From positions 103,168,001 to 103,232,000 of the forward strand of contig OX597823.1 of NCBI GenBank assembly GCA_951406725.2: 64,000 nucleotides of DNA, read 5' to 3'. Origin of the DNA: Octopus vulgaris (taxonomy: Eukaryota). A program made the position numbers and the translations under genes. This document shows positions 39,150 to 53,543 of the stretch, piece by piece. Under the pieces are notes generated by a model. It saw nothing but the letters and a program-made list of their open reading frames with translations. It was not told the origin of the DNA and ran no database searches. The number at the start of each line of letters is the position of its first letter. The stretch's first letter is position 1.

Positions 39150-41508
39150 TATATATATATATATGTGTGTGTGTTGACTACAATGAGAGGTTGTTGTTGT
39201 TGAGAGACAAATACAATGGGAGAGAAGGAGAGAGTGTGTGTATGTGTGAATATGGATAGATGTCGCTATACTGATTAGCAAGCTTTAATTGAAAGCAGGA
39301 ATAAGAGATACAAGATACAGTGTACTTGTATCTAAAAACAATCAAGCGACGTGATGTGTGACTATTCTAATCAGAGGGAGCTTCAACTGTGAAGGGGTGT
39401 CCAGTAAGCTGTGAAATACAGTATATTGTTATTAATAATTTAGCCTTAAAAAGTGTGAAAAAATATATATTGCCACGGAAAAAGCCATAAAATATCACGG
39501 GCAATATTTGCGATTCCACAAATATGCAGTGGTTTCTGTGAACAATTATTAGTTCCGTGAATAACTGGGACCACAAATAAGCTGGGATACACTGTATATA
39601 TATCATGGGCTTCTTTCAGTTTCTGTCTGTAAAATTCTACTCAAAAGGCTTTGGTTGGCCCAGAGCTGTAGTAGAAAGCACTTGCCCAAGGTGCCATGCA
39701 ATGGAATTGATCCCAGAACCATGTAGTTGGGAAGCAAACTTCTTACAGCTGCATTTTAAATAAAATTTTCAAAATTAGTTAATCTGACTGATTTAGTGGC
39801 CATGAAATGGTTACAAATTTTGGCTTATTGAAAACTACATTCACTTTCTGGCAGACAACTATCATATATCTGTTTGTTTACAGCTACCACTTAACTCTAG
39901 TTGAAAGGACCATTTAAAGTTCAACAGAGCAGGCATAAGGTTTAGAAGAGACATGAAATACCAGAAAATGTCAAAACTATCAGAAGAACTAAGTTAAATA
40001 TGCCAAATTTCTAATAGCTTTAAATAGATGTTCATTGTCACTGAAGCTGGTTCGTTTTTAGTTTGTCTTGAATAACATTATGAAAATTTGAGTTTTTCAA
40101 TTCATTTGCATAAATCTGCATACATCTGCCATTTGCTGCATTTTGCAACTCTTATTTTTTATTTCTTACTCCAACTTACATCATCTGAAATATAGTGGGA
40201 AATTCCACCCATGCTATAAGATACACACCTATATATAGATGCTCTCTCTCTCTCTCTTTAATACTCTAAATGTATAATTTTGGTTCATCATCATCATCCT
40301 GTTTTCCATGCTGGCATGGGTTGGATGGTTTGGCGAGCTGGCAGAAACGTTAGCACGCCGGGCAAAATGCTTAGCGGTATTTTGTCTGCTGTTACGTTGT
40401 GAGTTCAAATTTCGTCAAGGTCGACTTTGCCTTTCGGGGTCGATAAATTAAGTACCAGTGTTCTGGCCCCTTCCACTGCAACACCATGGCTGCTCAGAAC
40501 CACCTGTCAATATAGGTGTCAAAACTCATGCAGACCAGCACAAGCTTTATTGAGTCAGATGTTTCTACCATTCTCAATGTTCATTTTTGCTGCACCACTC
40601 ATCCTCACTCTTGAGCTGGATGTAATGTCTTGCTTTCTCAGTGGCTTGTGACAATTCTGGAAATTATTAAAAGAAAAATCATTACAGGACTAGCGATATT
40701 AAAATTTAAATTAACATTATAGCACACACACATGGTTGTGTGGTAAGAATTTTGCTTCCCAACTGCATGGTTCTGGGTTCAATCCTGCTGTGTGGCACTT
40801 TGGGTAAGTGCCTTCTACTATAGCCTCAGGATGACCAAAGCCTTGTGGATGGATTTGGTAGATGGAAACTGAAAGAAGCCTGGTATGTGTATATGTATGT
40901 ACTTGTATATTTATATATGCTTTTGTGCATATATTTGTGTGTATGTGTGTGTGTACACACACATATATGTACATATACATGTATGTGTGTTTTTGTATTT
41001 ATGCTTGTTCCCCCACCACCACTTGACTATTGGTGTTGGTTTGTTTATGTCCTGTGACTTGTTGGTTCAGCAAAAGAGATCAGTTGAATAAGTACTAGCC
41101 TTAATAAAAAAATAAACACTTAGGATGACTCATTTGACTAAAACCCTTCAAGTTGGTGCTTCATTGTGGCTGCCGTCCAATGACTGAAACAGGTAAAAGA
41201 TACAAGATAGAAAACAGCGGCGAGCTGGCAGAAACGTTAGTGCGCTGGGCGAAATGCTTTGCGGTATTTCGTTTGTCGTTACGTTCTGAGTTCAAATTCC
41301 GCTGAGGTTGACTTTGCCTTTCATCCTTTCGGGGTCGATAAATTAAGTACCAGTTATGCACTGGGGTCGATGTAATCGACTTTATCCGTTTGTCTGTCCT
41401 TATTTGTCCCCTCTGTGTTTAGCCCCTTGTGGGTAGTAAAGAAATAGATACAAGATAGAAAAGACTTAAATTCTTTCTTTTAATTCTGTCTTAAATCATA
41501 TTTTATAG

Positions 41509-41624
41509 GTTCCTCCTCGAGAAGATAGTATTATAGATGATGTATTTTTTGATGAAGAAATAACGGAAGAAGAGAAAACCCTTGAACAAATTCCTGAAGA
41601 AGGAATTGTTGGAGAAGCTGAAAT
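41509..41624 (+). CDS. RHBDF1: iRhom coding exon 4
   Basis: VPPREDSIIDDVFFDEE... (cf. iRhom DEVF motif). Acceptor ttatAG; donor AT|GTAATT is phase 2 and matches the next exon. Confidence 0.8.
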
Positions 41625-43507
41625 GTAATTCATAAACTATTGTTTTAGAACAATTGATTTCTTTAATTTTTAAAAAATATATTTCTTTATAAATTTTACT
41701 TGTTAAGAATCTTTGTAGGTGCCAGCATGGTTGTGTGGTAAGATGTTAGCTGCTCAACCACATTGTTTTGTGTGGCATCTTGGTCAGGTGTCTTCAAGTA
41801 TAGCGTCAGGCCAATCAAAGCCTTGTGAGTGGATTTGGTAGATAGAAACTGAAAAAAGCCTGTTGTATACATATGTGTGTGTGTTTGTGTCTGTGTTTGT
41901 CCCCCACCACCTCTTGACGACCAGTGTTCAGTGTTTATATCCCCATAATTAGCAGTTCAGCAAAAGATAGAATAAGTATTTGGCTTCAAAAAAAAATTCT
42001 GAGCAGATTCATTCAATTAAAATTCCACAAGGTAGTGTCCCACCATGACCAGAGTCTGAAAACTGGAACAATTAAAAGATAAAAGAAGATATAATTTATA
42101 TCTGCTTTACCAATTAATTAATTTAAGGATGTTGAGCTGTGTATATTGCCTTTCTAGATGCTCCTGTCTTAAGGGATAGGTATAAATGTCAAACATAATA
42201 AACAAATTGAGCACAGAGTTTGGGTAAGAAGATCTTAAAAAGACTGAAGCATACAGTGTGGAATTTGTTATGGATTTAAGAAGTGCAGCTTGATAAGTGT
42301 AGATCACATCCCATTCTGAGCTACTGCACCGTGTCAGTGGCCAAGACTTAATTTTCAACAGTGCATTCTATCTAGATGTAAGGGCAACAAAGTGATTATA
42401 GTTAAGTGTTAGCACTGTAAAACTGTTGAGCATTTTTACATTTGGCTTGCCTAAGCTTAGTTCAGCTCACCACCTTCCATGGGAATAATTCTGGCTATAG
42501 ATATGTTTTCACTGACTTGAGATAGAAAAGGCTGAGTAAGCGTGATATGGCATCTATTGTGGGTTTAAGAGGTATAGTTTGCATTGCCTTGAGTTTGTAT
42601 AAAAAGAAAAAAGAAAAATGGGATTGACAGACACATTGAGTTGGTTTAATTAGAGGTGTCATCATCATCATCATCATCATTTTTAACTTCCACTTTTCCC
42701 TGCTCACATTGGCTGGATAGAATTTTGTTGATGTTGATTTCCTACAGCTAGATGCCTTTCCAGTCACTAACCCTTACCTGCTTCCAAGTAAGGTAATATT
42801 TCCCCATGACCAGCTATGTTTTCACAGAATATTGGACACAAAGGACACTGCATGATAGTGACACTTGTTGACAACTATCACGCAATGTCAAAGTAGGGAG
42901 ACAGTACACACACACACACATTGTATATATACAATGGACTTCTATCAGTTTCCATCTACCAAATCTACCCTGGTTGTCCCAGGGCTTTGGTAGAATAGAA
43001 GACACTTTCCCAAGGTGCCATGCAGTGATACTAAACCTGGCACCATGTGGTTGGGAAGCGAACTTCTTGCCACACAGCCATACCTGTGTCTAGTGTATAT
43101 TCATTTAATCCAGAGATTTTAGCAATTATTGATTATAATTAAGAAGTATGTTTTGGGATAAAGGAAATGTAGAGTGGTTCATATTCTGTATAATTGGTAC
43201 AAGTTTATTGACTGTCACTCAGGTGTATAATCAGATATACTGGACATCATCATCATCATTTAATGTCTGTTTTCCATGCTGGCATGGGTTGGACAAATGT
43301 AAAAATGTCTTAAAATTTGTTTGTGGGTAAGTAAAAGGGGTTATCCTGACCAGTTTCAGTCCTTTTTTTAACACTCTTTAAGGACTTTAACCTGTTCTTC
43401 CTGTTGCCAATCCTTACTTATTTCCAAGCAAGATAATAATTGCTCATGATTGGAAGACTGGCACTGAAGGATGCCTTCTATATGATGGTGACATTTGTTG
43501 ATAGCTA

Positions 43508-44783
43508 TTAGGTTGTCCAGAAAGTTCTGAGTGCTTTTAAGCACAATTTTTTTAATGCTTCATTAAACACACTTGAAACATAATATAGTTAAAACTTTGG
43601 CGTTGCTTGAAGTGGTAGCACATCACCTCTTTGTTCCTGACTAAAAATAGATTTGTCTTTCATTCCGGTTACCTTTTATTGACATTTGAAATGGAGAACC
43701 AAAAATTTCATATTTGCATTGTAATGCTTTTCTTGTTTTTTTTTTAAAAAGGGAAAATGTTGCAAAGACTTGCAAAAACATTTGTGAAGTTTACAGTGAT
43801 GATGATGCTGTAGGTGAATCAACTGTTTGAAGGTGGTTTGCGAAATTTCAAGCTGGAGAGTTTAGCTTGGAAGATGACGGTCACAGTGGAAGACCTTCAA
43901 AATTGGAGGAAGATGCTTTGAAGGCAAAAATCAAAGAAACCTCAAATATCATGACAAGAGAAGTCTAAAAGTATGGCTCATGTACACCTAGTGAAGCTAG
44001 GATACATTTCTCACTGTAATGTATGGGTCTCTCATAAACTCTCATAAACTCTCAGAATTGCTTGCACTGGTATTCTGTTTGTGATATGCTTTTGAAACGG
44101 AATGAAACCATGCTTTTTTTGAAACTACTTGTGACTGGAAATGAAAAATGGATTGTGTACGAGAATGTAGTGCAAAAAAGATCCTGGAGTTTGCGTAACG
44201 CTCCCCCAAAACAGCAACAAGAGATGAATGCCCATGCCAAAAAGCTATGCTTTGTGTTTGGTGGGATCATAAAGGCATTATTTATTATGAGCTTCTCCCA
44301 CAAAACTAGACCATTATTCTGATGTGTACTGTCATCAGCTGGCTAATTTGAACCAAAAAAATCCAAGAATTGAGGCTGGGGATTGCTAACAGAAAAGGGG
44401 TAGTGTTCCAACAAGACAATGCCCTACTACATGTATCTTTGGCTATCTGAATAAAGTTACATGAACTTGGCTGGGACCTCTTACCCCACCCACCATATTC
44501 TCCTCATAATGTGCTGTCTGGCTACCACTTGTTTTTGTCTCTAAAGAACTCATTGCAAAGAAAAACATTTAACAATTTAGATGGAGTCAGAATGCATCTA
44601 AATAACGTTTTTTCTTCAAAACCAAAATTTTATGTTGATGGAATATTTAAATTGCCTGATAGATGGGCAAAGGTTATTAGTAATAATGGAAATTATTTCA
44701 TTGAATAAAATTTATTAAAAGGTCAATTATTTATATACCTTTTAGCATATTAAAAAACGCTCAGAACTTTCTGAACAACCTCA
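43508..44783 (+). mobile_element. Mariner (Mos1-like, DD34D) transposon, full length, inactivated
   Basis: TIRs TTAGGTTGTCCAGAAAGTTCTGAG / CTCAGAACTTTCTGAACAACCTCA with TA on both sides; LVTGNEKWIVYEN, FQQDNA, HPPYSP, YHLFLSLKN; many stops. Confidence 0.93.
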
Positions 44784-45324
44784 TATCACATGTCAAGACG
44801 ATGTGCATACACACATTTGCATACATACATGCCTACACATATATGACAGACTTCTTTCCAGTTTCAGTCTTTCAAAACTACTCACAAGTTTTTTGTTGAC
44901 CTGGGGATATAGTAGAAGACACTTGTCCAAGGTGTCACACTGTGGGATTGAACTTGAAACCACATGCTTAGGAAGTAAACTTCTCAACCACACAACGCAT
45001 GTTTGCATGTTTGATAATTTTAAAACAGTTGCACAACGCTACCAACCAATTCCATTAAGGTTAGAGAATTAGTAGAAATTAATAAGTTTGATTGTTGTAA
45101 CATTTCATGGATCTGGTTTTCAATGGAAGGCAGAGAAAGATGAATGTGCTGTTTAGGCTGGCAGTGAAGGGGAGTGAAGGAGAAGGGCCAAAGAGAGGTG
45201 GTATGAGGATGAGAATATGGAAGTGGCAAGGAAAAAGGGAATGAATTAGAGGTAATAAACAAGAGGAGGACAATGACCAAGTTCTAAAAATAGAGTTGTG
45301 ATTGATGTAATTATATGGTGAATG

Positions 45325-45473
45325 TAAGGTGATTGGTGTAATTATAAGGTGATTGGTGTAATTATAAGGTGAATTGGTGTAATTATAAGGTGAGTGGTGT
45401 AATTATAAGGTGAATTGGTGTAATTATAAGGTGATTGGTGTAATTATAAGGTGATTAGTGTAATTATAAGGTG
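45325..45473. repeat. 20-21 bp minisatellite (GGTGATTGGTGTAATTATAA), about 7 copies
   Basis: Directly visible. Confidence 0.95.
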
Positions 45474-46476
45474 AACGAAGAGACAGTGTTAAAATATGTT
45501 CACAGCTGTAGAGGCATACACACTTAACAGACTCCCTGATGTGCATATATATACAGCATGTACTCACAAACAATTGTAGAGTCAAAGTCACAACCAAGTG
45601 TGTTAGAGTATAGAAACCTGAAATAGACAGTCCGAAAAATAACAAAAATTGAAGAAATAAATGGTTGTGGGATTTGAGAAGTGAATGGGGCAAGAATCAG
45701 AAGTTGAGCTAGATTATGATATCATGTGGAGCGGAGGTTCTCAGGTTGAAATATGGAAATATGCACCTTAAGTTGGTAGGTCTCTCTCTCTCTAACACCT
45801 ATTTCTTTATTGCCCACAAGGGGCTAAACATAAAGGGGACAAACAAGGACAGACATAGGTATTAAGTTGATTACATCGATCCCAGTGCGTAACTGGTACT
45901 TAATTTATCGACCCCGAAAGGACGAAAGGCTAAGTCGACCTCGGCAGAATTTGAACTCAGAACGTAACGGTAGACAAAATGTCTATTTCTTTACTACCTA
46001 CAAGAGGCTAAACACAGAGGGGACAAACAAGGACAGACAAACGTATTAAGTCAATTACATTGACCCCAATTGCATCACTGGTACTTAATTTATTGACCCC
46101 GAATGGATGAAAGGCAAAGTCAACCTTGGCGGAATTTGAACTCAGAACGTAACGGCAGACGAAATACCGTTAAGCATTTTGCCCGATGTGCTAACGATTC
46201 TGCCAGCTCGTCGCCTTAACACCATGACATTGGAGTACAGATACTGATTAATTATCATGGAAGAGCTGAGGCGAGCTGAAGTGACGAGTTATGAATTTAA
46301 GGATTTACAAACCATTATTAAAGTATCAACCATCTCTCAAATAAAAATATAAATTGAAGTTATATCAAAGGTATGGTTTTGAAGCATATACTTTGGATCT
46401 GTTGTTAAGACATCACAAGTCACATCTACAAAGAAAATTATCCTATGAATCTAATTTTCAGCAAAAATTTTTATAT

Positions 46477-46853
46477 AGGCATAGGAGTGGCTGTGTGGTA
46501 AGTAGTTTGCTTACGAACAACATGGTTCCGTGTTCAGTCCCACTGCTTGACACCTTGCGCTAGTGCCTTCTACTATAGCCTCGGGCCGACCAAAGCCTTG
46601 TGAGTGGATTTGGTAGACGGAAACTGAAAGAAGCCCGTCGTATATATGTATGTTTGTGTGTCTGTGTTTGTCACCCCAGCATTGCTTGAAAATCGATGCT
46701 GGTGTGTTTACTTCCCCGTAACTTAGCGGTTCGGCAAAAGAGACTGATAGAATAAGTACTTGGCTTACAAAGAATAAGTCCTGGGTGTCGATTTGCTCGA
46801 CTAAAGGCGGTGCTCCAGCATGGCCAGTCAAATGACTGAAACAAGTAAAAAGA
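46477..46853 (+). mobile_element. tRNA-derived SINE with internal (TA/TG)n; other copies ~31461-31890, 40728-41200, 41717-42085, 56275-56440, 60440-60642 (+) and 2130-2340, 39605-39750, 42935-43090, 44845-45005 (-)
   Basis: A/B-box head (TGGCTGTGTGGTAAG...GTTCAGTCCC), CORE-like ACCTTGGGCAAGT in sister copies, shared tail GACTGAAACAAGTAAAAGAG. Confidence 0.88.
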
Positions 46854-47005
46854 GTATATAATGAAAAAAAATTTTTTTTTTGCATAAGAAACTAAAAAAA
46901 ATAGCTAAGGCATTTCAAGGGAAAAGTATTTTGTGTATGAAAGAAAAATATGTATTGCCAATTAGAATTTTCATCTATACATATTCCTTCATATTTCTGT
47001 TGTAG

Positions 47006-47239
47006 ATCACCAAAAACTGCTCCTGTGCAGGATAAACCACCATCAGCAGTTTCTTATGATACCGTTGATGCACCTATTGGGCTTAACAAAATTAAAGATA
47101 CTGTTATTTCATCAATGTTAAAAAGACCTCACAAGAGACGCTATGGTATGGGTCTCTTGGGTTCCATGCTGCACCAAAGAGTAAAAACTCGCTTACCAGC
47201 TGATGTCAAGAGTCAACTTGATGAGTTAGATAATTACAG
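47006..47239 (+). CDS. RHBDF1: iRhom coding exon 5
   Basis: ...KRRYGMGLLG...DVKSQLDELDNYR, the conserved pre-TM1 iRhom segment. Acceptor tgtAG, donor AG|GTAAGT. Confidence 0.92.
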
Positions 47240-47665
47240 GTAAGTAAAAGAAAAAATAAAATAAAAAATATGTTGTTTGTTAGTGGTCTCCACCATTGAA
47301 CAAGATTGTTATATATGTTTATACTTCAATAACATCATGTTATAATCTCTCAGATTATTCTGTTTGTCAGATATTTGTATGTTTGAGTATTATGCTTTCA
47401 ACCATCTTAATCATGAAAATCATTGTTTAACGTCCACTTTTTCATGGTTGCTTGGGTCTGATGGAATTTGTTGAAGCAAATTTTCAGTGGCTGGATGTCT
47501 TTCTGTCACCAACCTTACTTATTTCCAAGTACGGTAATATTCTCCATGATCAGACATGTTTTCATGGAAGTTTGGAAACAAAAGATACCACTTGTATGAT
47601 AGTGATGTGTGTTTACAACTATCACATGAAGTCAAGGCAAGGAGACAATAACACACACACGCATA

Positions 47666-47699
<34 letters not shown>

Positions 47700-48439
47700 T
47701 AACAACAGATGGATTGTAGTTCACTACAGCTTTTTCAGGTGTGTCTTCTATTGATGTTACATCATGCAAAAAGAAAAATCCATTCCATTTTCATCAAGTG
47801 GCTTCATGTAAGAATTAGACATTTTGAACATCTCAATAACAAGTAAAAAGTCTCATTTTGACTGCTGACCAAAATTCAGTCAGAGAATTGTGATTGTATG
47901 TATAACTGGGGTATAAAATCCATGTTTATTTTAGCAAGTATGTATTTGTCTTCAAGTATTTCTACATGATAGCAATATCACTGATCTGACCTTGGGGATT
48001 TACTATTTAAGTACCTGTTACACTTAAACTCTGAAATTTTTTTTCTCACAAACACACACACACTCTCTCTCTCTCTCTCTCTTTCCCTCTCTCTATGTGG
48101 AAGACATGGGACGAAGTATTGAAGGCCAATCTCAAAACGGCAAACCTCATGAAGGAGATGACAGAGGACCGAGCTATGTGGCACATTGCTCCACTTGAGG
48201 AAATCCATCCACCACAACAGAGTTGAGATCCTAAAACCAAGGTGCCACATTAAAAGCTTCCAATGCACTCTGTAAAATGGTTGGCATTAGGAAGAGCATC
48301 TAGCCATAGAAACTGAGCCAAAACAGGCTTTGGAATCTTGTGTGACCCATTCCTTGCCAGTTCCTGTCAAGCTGTCCAATACATCCAGCATGGAAAATGG
48401 ATGTTAAATGTTGTTGTTGATCTATATATCTACATATAT

Positions 48440-48503
<64 letters not shown>

Positions 48504-48769
48504 CATCCATGTGGACACATTTCTTTCCTATGACATTACAATTTTCTTTCACACACTGTCTTGCAATCCGAAATACTTCAGTTCTTTGGTCCTCAGGTCA
48601 CTGGACATTGGCAAACTTCTTCTTTTCTGCTTCTTCCTTGGTTATATATACCTGTCTCCTACCTTCCCTTCTGGCTATCTGATACAGTTTCCTGCTACCC
48701 CCACTCTTCCAGTTCTTCTAGGCTTGCTTCTTTGCTCTAATGGCCCTGTATAGTCAACTGCTACAATAG

Positions 48770-49560
48770 AAAAGGGGATGCTGTAGATAGAAATGACTAA
48801 AGAGGCACCAAATTGCTAGATCAGGTGATGAAAGTTACAGAGAGGGTCATAGCCCAACTAATTAGGAAAAGAGTTAGCTAAGATGAGATGCAGTTTGGGT
48901 TTGTGCCAGGTAGAAGCACCATCGATGCTATATTTCTGGTAAGGCAACTGCAGGAGAAATACCTAGCCAAAGATAAACCTCTGTACTTGGCTTTTGTTGA
49001 CGTGGAGAAAGCCTTTGACAGGGTGCCTCGATCCCTTATCTGGTGCTCAATGTGGAAACTAGGGATAGATGAGTGATTGGTAAGAGCTGTACAAACCCTG
49101 TACAAGGATGCTGTCAGTAAAGTGAGGGCTGGCAATGAGTATAGTGAAGAATTCCGGGTAGAAGTAGCAGTCCTCAGCCCTCTCTTATTCATCATGGCCC
49201 TCCAGGCAATAATAGAGGAATTCAAAACAGGCTGCCCCTGGGAGCTCCTCTATGCTGATGACCTTGCTCTAATAGCTGAGTCGCTATCAGAATTAGAGAT
49301 GACGTTTCAGATGTGGAAGCAAGGTCTAGAATTGAAGGGCTTCAGAGTCAACCTAGCGAAAACCAATGTCCTAGTAAGTAGGAAGGCAGACAAATCACAA
49401 ACCCCTTCAGGTAGATGGCCCTGCTTGATCTTTAGAAAAGGTGAAGGTAGAAACTCCATAAGATGTACCTGGTGTAAGCTATGGACACATAAGAGGTACA
49501 GCAACATCAAAGGAAGGTTAACTGGGAAGATAGTTTTTGTGCACAGGGACAATAAACACT
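48770..49560 (+). mobile_element. RTE LINE RT fragment (same family as 56476-58351)
   Basis: QFGFVPGRSTIDAIF, AFVDVEKAFDRVP, LLYADDL, with stops and deletions. Confidence 0.9.
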
Positions 49561-49605
49561 GAAGATGTATTATTATATCATTTCTGTACTTACTACTGGA
49601 ACTTA

Positions 49606-49915
49606 TCTGTTGCGATGACAAGGGTTCCAGTTGATCCAATTAACAACAGAACATCCTGCTTGTGAAATTAATGTGCAAGTGGTTGAGCACTCCACAGAGA
49701 CCCTTAACATAGTTCTTAGGGACATTTAGCATGACACAAAATGTGACAGGGTCAACTCATTGAATTACAGGTACTTCTCATTTTTGCCAGCTGCGTGGAC
49801 TAGAGTAATGTGAAATAAAGTGTCTTGCTCAAGGATACAATGTGCTGCTGGGAATCGAACTCATGACCTTACAATTGTGAACTGAATACCCTGACCACTA
49901 AGCCACATGCTTTCA
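49606..49915 (-). mobile_element. tRNA-derived SINE (fourth family)
   Basis: Minus strand TGGCTTAGTGGTCAGGG...GAGTTCGATTCCC...TCCTTGAGCAAGACACTT. Confidence 0.7.
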
Positions 49916-50462
49916 CATTTCTGTATTTAATATTTTTCTGTATGTATATTATTATCAAGATGTGTAAGTTGTTAATACAACTTTGGGCTGCAAAGGAAAT
50001 GTTATAACACATTGAAGATAAATTTTAATGAATGGTTGTGTGGTTAAGAAATTTGCTTTCAAACTACATGGTTTCAGGTTTGACTCCACAGCGCAACACC
50101 TTGGGTTGGGCAAGTCACTGGTCTTCTACTACAGCTTTGAGTTAACCAGTTCCTTGTGCATAAGGTTTGGTAAAACGTTTCTGTTCTTATGTGGTAAACT
50201 TTAATCTGTCATCTGGTTTGGCACCACCGTCAGGCTCTTGAGTGCTTTTAGCAGAGGTTCACTCTGTCACAAGCATTCAGGCCAAGTGTCTAGTCTTAGG
50301 AGAACTTCCTACCACCAATCCTGTTGGCCCTGAAAAGAGCCAAAGAACCTTTGACTAAACCATTAAAAAAAGCAAACAAAACAAAACAAAAAAACCCCCC
50401 ACCATACTTAGCTCTGCTGTATTCTTATACAATAAGACATCTTATTTATTTTCTTTGTTCAG

Positions 50463-50574
50463 GCCTTATTTCACATACTGGGTCACCTTTGTACAGATTA
50501 TTGTCTTCCTGGTCTCCATTTCTGTTTATGGTCCTGCTCCTTTTGGATTTATGGAATATGCTAAATCAAAACCT
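50463..50574 (+). CDS. RHBDF1: iRhom coding exon 6 (first transmembrane helix)
   Basis: RPYFTYWVTFVQIIVFLVSISVYGPAPFGF, the iRhom TM1 signature. Acceptor ttcAG, donor CCT|GTGAGT. Confidence 0.95.
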
Positions 50575-52688
50575 GTGAGTATCTTACATGTCAATCTAGA
50601 AAAACAAGTGAACAAAAAAAAAAAGCCAAACTTTCTTTTGATAGTTTAGAATTTTTTTTGTTATTTATTTTAAAGTATGGTACTTAGTTATCATTGTTAC
50701 CTTGCTTATATTTTGGTTCAAGTTTTCTTGATGGTAAGAGTTGAGTGCATTTAAATTATAGATTCTTTTCAAAGGTCTCAGATCCTGCATCATATTGTAT
50801 GAGGTTTTGACTTGGAAGTTGGAACTGGATGGTCTTTCTGTTGACCACTGGCTTCATAATATTATTACAAGTTAATACTTGTGACATTAATTTATTTTAT
50901 TAATTATAGAGCATGTTTATTAATAAGAATAACAAAGCTTTTTTTTTTTGCTGTAAAGTTTACTATAAATTTGTGTGTGTGTGTGTTTGTGTGCATGTGT
51001 ATTACATGCTTATTTTCAAAAACGGAAAAAGAGCAAAAATCACACATAATACACATTTATGTATTATATAAAAGGAAAATAAATTAAGAGGAATAATTCA
51101 GGAGCACCAATTATTCAACTTTTGGATAAAATTAAGGCAGGTGTACTGAATGTTTTGAAATTTCCCTCTGGATTAGAGCAAAGATTCTCAAGAAGGATGG
51201 GAGATCATTTCAAGAAATTAAGGACACATTCACCAATGAAAGAAATGACAAAGGACTGAGATGATTGATGATTCACTGTGCATGAAAAGAGCCATCTATC
51301 ACAAGAATAACGATGTCCTAAATGCAATCTATGGAAGCTTGTAACCCATTCTAAGACCATGTCAAGCATTTCCTTGTACTTCATTCTCCTAACACTTAGC
51401 CTCCTTCTCCATATTATATCTCTATGGCACTACTCAGTGGCAATAATTGCTTATGTTTGAAGGCGGCAAGCTGGCAGAATTGTTAGCACGCCGGACGAAA
51501 TGCTTAGCAGTATTTCGTCTGCCGTTACGTTCTGAGTTCAAATTCCGCCGAGGTTGACTTTGCCTTTCATCCTTTCGGGGTCGATAAATTAAGTACCAGT
51601 TACGCACTGGGGTCGATGTAATCGACTTAATCCGTTTGTCTGTCCTTATTTGTCCCCTCTGTGTTTAGCCCCTTGTGGGTAGTAAAGAAATTAATAATTG
51701 CTTGAGTACAGAATCAGCGCAGATTACTCCCTCCTCTCACTTTCTGTGCACTGAGACTTACCTCCTCCTCCTCTTGAATCTTTACTTATTCTCATTATCT
51801 TCCTTTCCTTTTCCCATGCTATTCTGGCCTCCTAGCCTTCAGATATCCATCTCCTCCACCATACTCCATCTTATCACCTCATATGCCTGCTATCATTCTC
51901 AATACCCTCTCATATCCACCATCATTAAACACACATTCATGTACCTACTTATCTTCCTCTCCATCACTCCTTCACCTTGCACATCCTCCTCCTCCCTTAT
52001 GGTCTATCCTCCAACTGGTGTCTTCCTCAGATTCTCCCTCTCTATTCTCATATTTCCTAGCAATCACACTTTCACCTTTGCTTATTATTCACCACATTCA
52101 CCTCTACTCTCATCTCTAACCATCTTCTAATCTCCCCTCACATTCTTATGAAACTACCTACCATTTTCTTCTTCTTGATCCATTTACCATATTCTTTCTT
52201 ATGCTCACCTTTTTGTACTTTCAAAGTTTGCTCTGGCACTTTGTCACTACCATTTTTATCTTCTTCATCTTCTTCCCAGTTTCTACTACCAACCTTATAT
52301 AATGTTGGGTAGCCATGTACTTCCTCTATGGCAAGATACCTGTGCTTGTCTCTCTACTGTACATTAGCCTCTCAGCATCTGGCAAAAAGCTACCTTCTCT
52401 AATACCTGACACTTAATCATGGGGGTTTTTCTCTCTTCTGTTCTTTTTCTGTTTTGCAAACTACTTGGTGACTTTTACATGCCAGAGGCATGTAAGCAGT
52501 ACCCAGTACACTCTATATGATGGTTGGTGTTGGGAAAGGCATCCAATAACAGAAAACCCATCAAAGCTAATGCTGGAGCTTGGCACCCCTCCCCACTGTG
52601 GATTACCAGGTCCTATTAAACCATTCAACCCATGCCAGCATGGAAAACTGATGCTAAGTGACGATGAGGATATATATATATATATAGA

Positions 52689-52862
52689 GTTCATGAAAAA
52701 AACAAAAGACGAAGACAGGTGGCTTACAAAACAAACAGATGTATTAGTATAACGCTCGGGAATTGAAAAAGTCTTTTACGTTTCGAGCCTACGCTCTTCC
52801 ACAGAAGGGAACACAGGAATAAACAAGGAGAGAATAAAAAAGTGTGTAGTGGTTACCGAATT
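52689..52862 (-). mobile_element. Solo terminal-repeat fragment of the same PLE family as 58497-58690
   Basis: Shares GTATTAGTAT..CGCTC.GGAAT..GTCTTTTACGTTT.GAGCCTACGCTCTTCCACAGAA with 58559-58630; adjacent to (TA)n. Confidence 0.75.
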
Positions 52863-53205
52863 TATTTATGTATGTATGTTGTGTGTATGTTTGTGTTTCC
52901 TTGTCGAGATACCATGTGATTGTTGTAAATGAATGTCGTTTGTTATTTTGCAAAAGTATGTCTGTCCATGGAGAAATATTACCTTCCTTTGAAACATGTA
53001 AGGACTGGCAATGGGAAGGTCAACCATCCGTATAAAATCTGTGTCAGTAAACTCTGTCCAACTCATGCAAGAAAAGGAAAATGATGATGATGATGGTGAT
53101 AAAGTGTTCTGGTACTGAAGGCAGAAAAAAAAACACATTTCACAATATTCTTTCCCTGGACTACAGAGAGTAGTATTTGATACATTGGTTGTTGGTTTTA
53201 ATGTA

Positions 53206-53415
53206 CGAGGGAACACTGAAAAGTTCCTGGCTTTAAGGGTAAGGCTTGGTTGGAGGCCCAATCTTCCAAGTTCTTTTGCAGGGTTTAGGAAAACTGAAGA
53301 ACCGCTGCAATAACTGTGTGAATCTGAAAGGGGAAAATGTTGAATAGAATCATAATTAACTGATCCTCCTGTATTTCCTTTTACCCAAAGCCAGGAACTT
53401 TTCAGCACCTCTTTG
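53206..53415. mobile_element. Mariner-derived MITE
   Basis: TIRs containing CTGAAAAGTTCCTGGCTTT / AAAGCCAGGAACTTTTCAG, TA-flanked. Confidence 0.8.
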
Positions 53416-53543
53416 TAATCTGTCTAGAAAGTTTTTGACTAATTAATTTGGTCCACATTTTATATTGATGAGTATTTATTTCTTTGTTAAACTAAAAGGT
53501 GTAAATATTCATTTCTAGCTTTTTTCTTTTGTTGTTACTTCAG

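Noticed and set aside
43691-44708. SETMAR-like gene
   Set aside because: No SET domain, TIR/TA-bounded and full of stops; an ordinary dead mariner.
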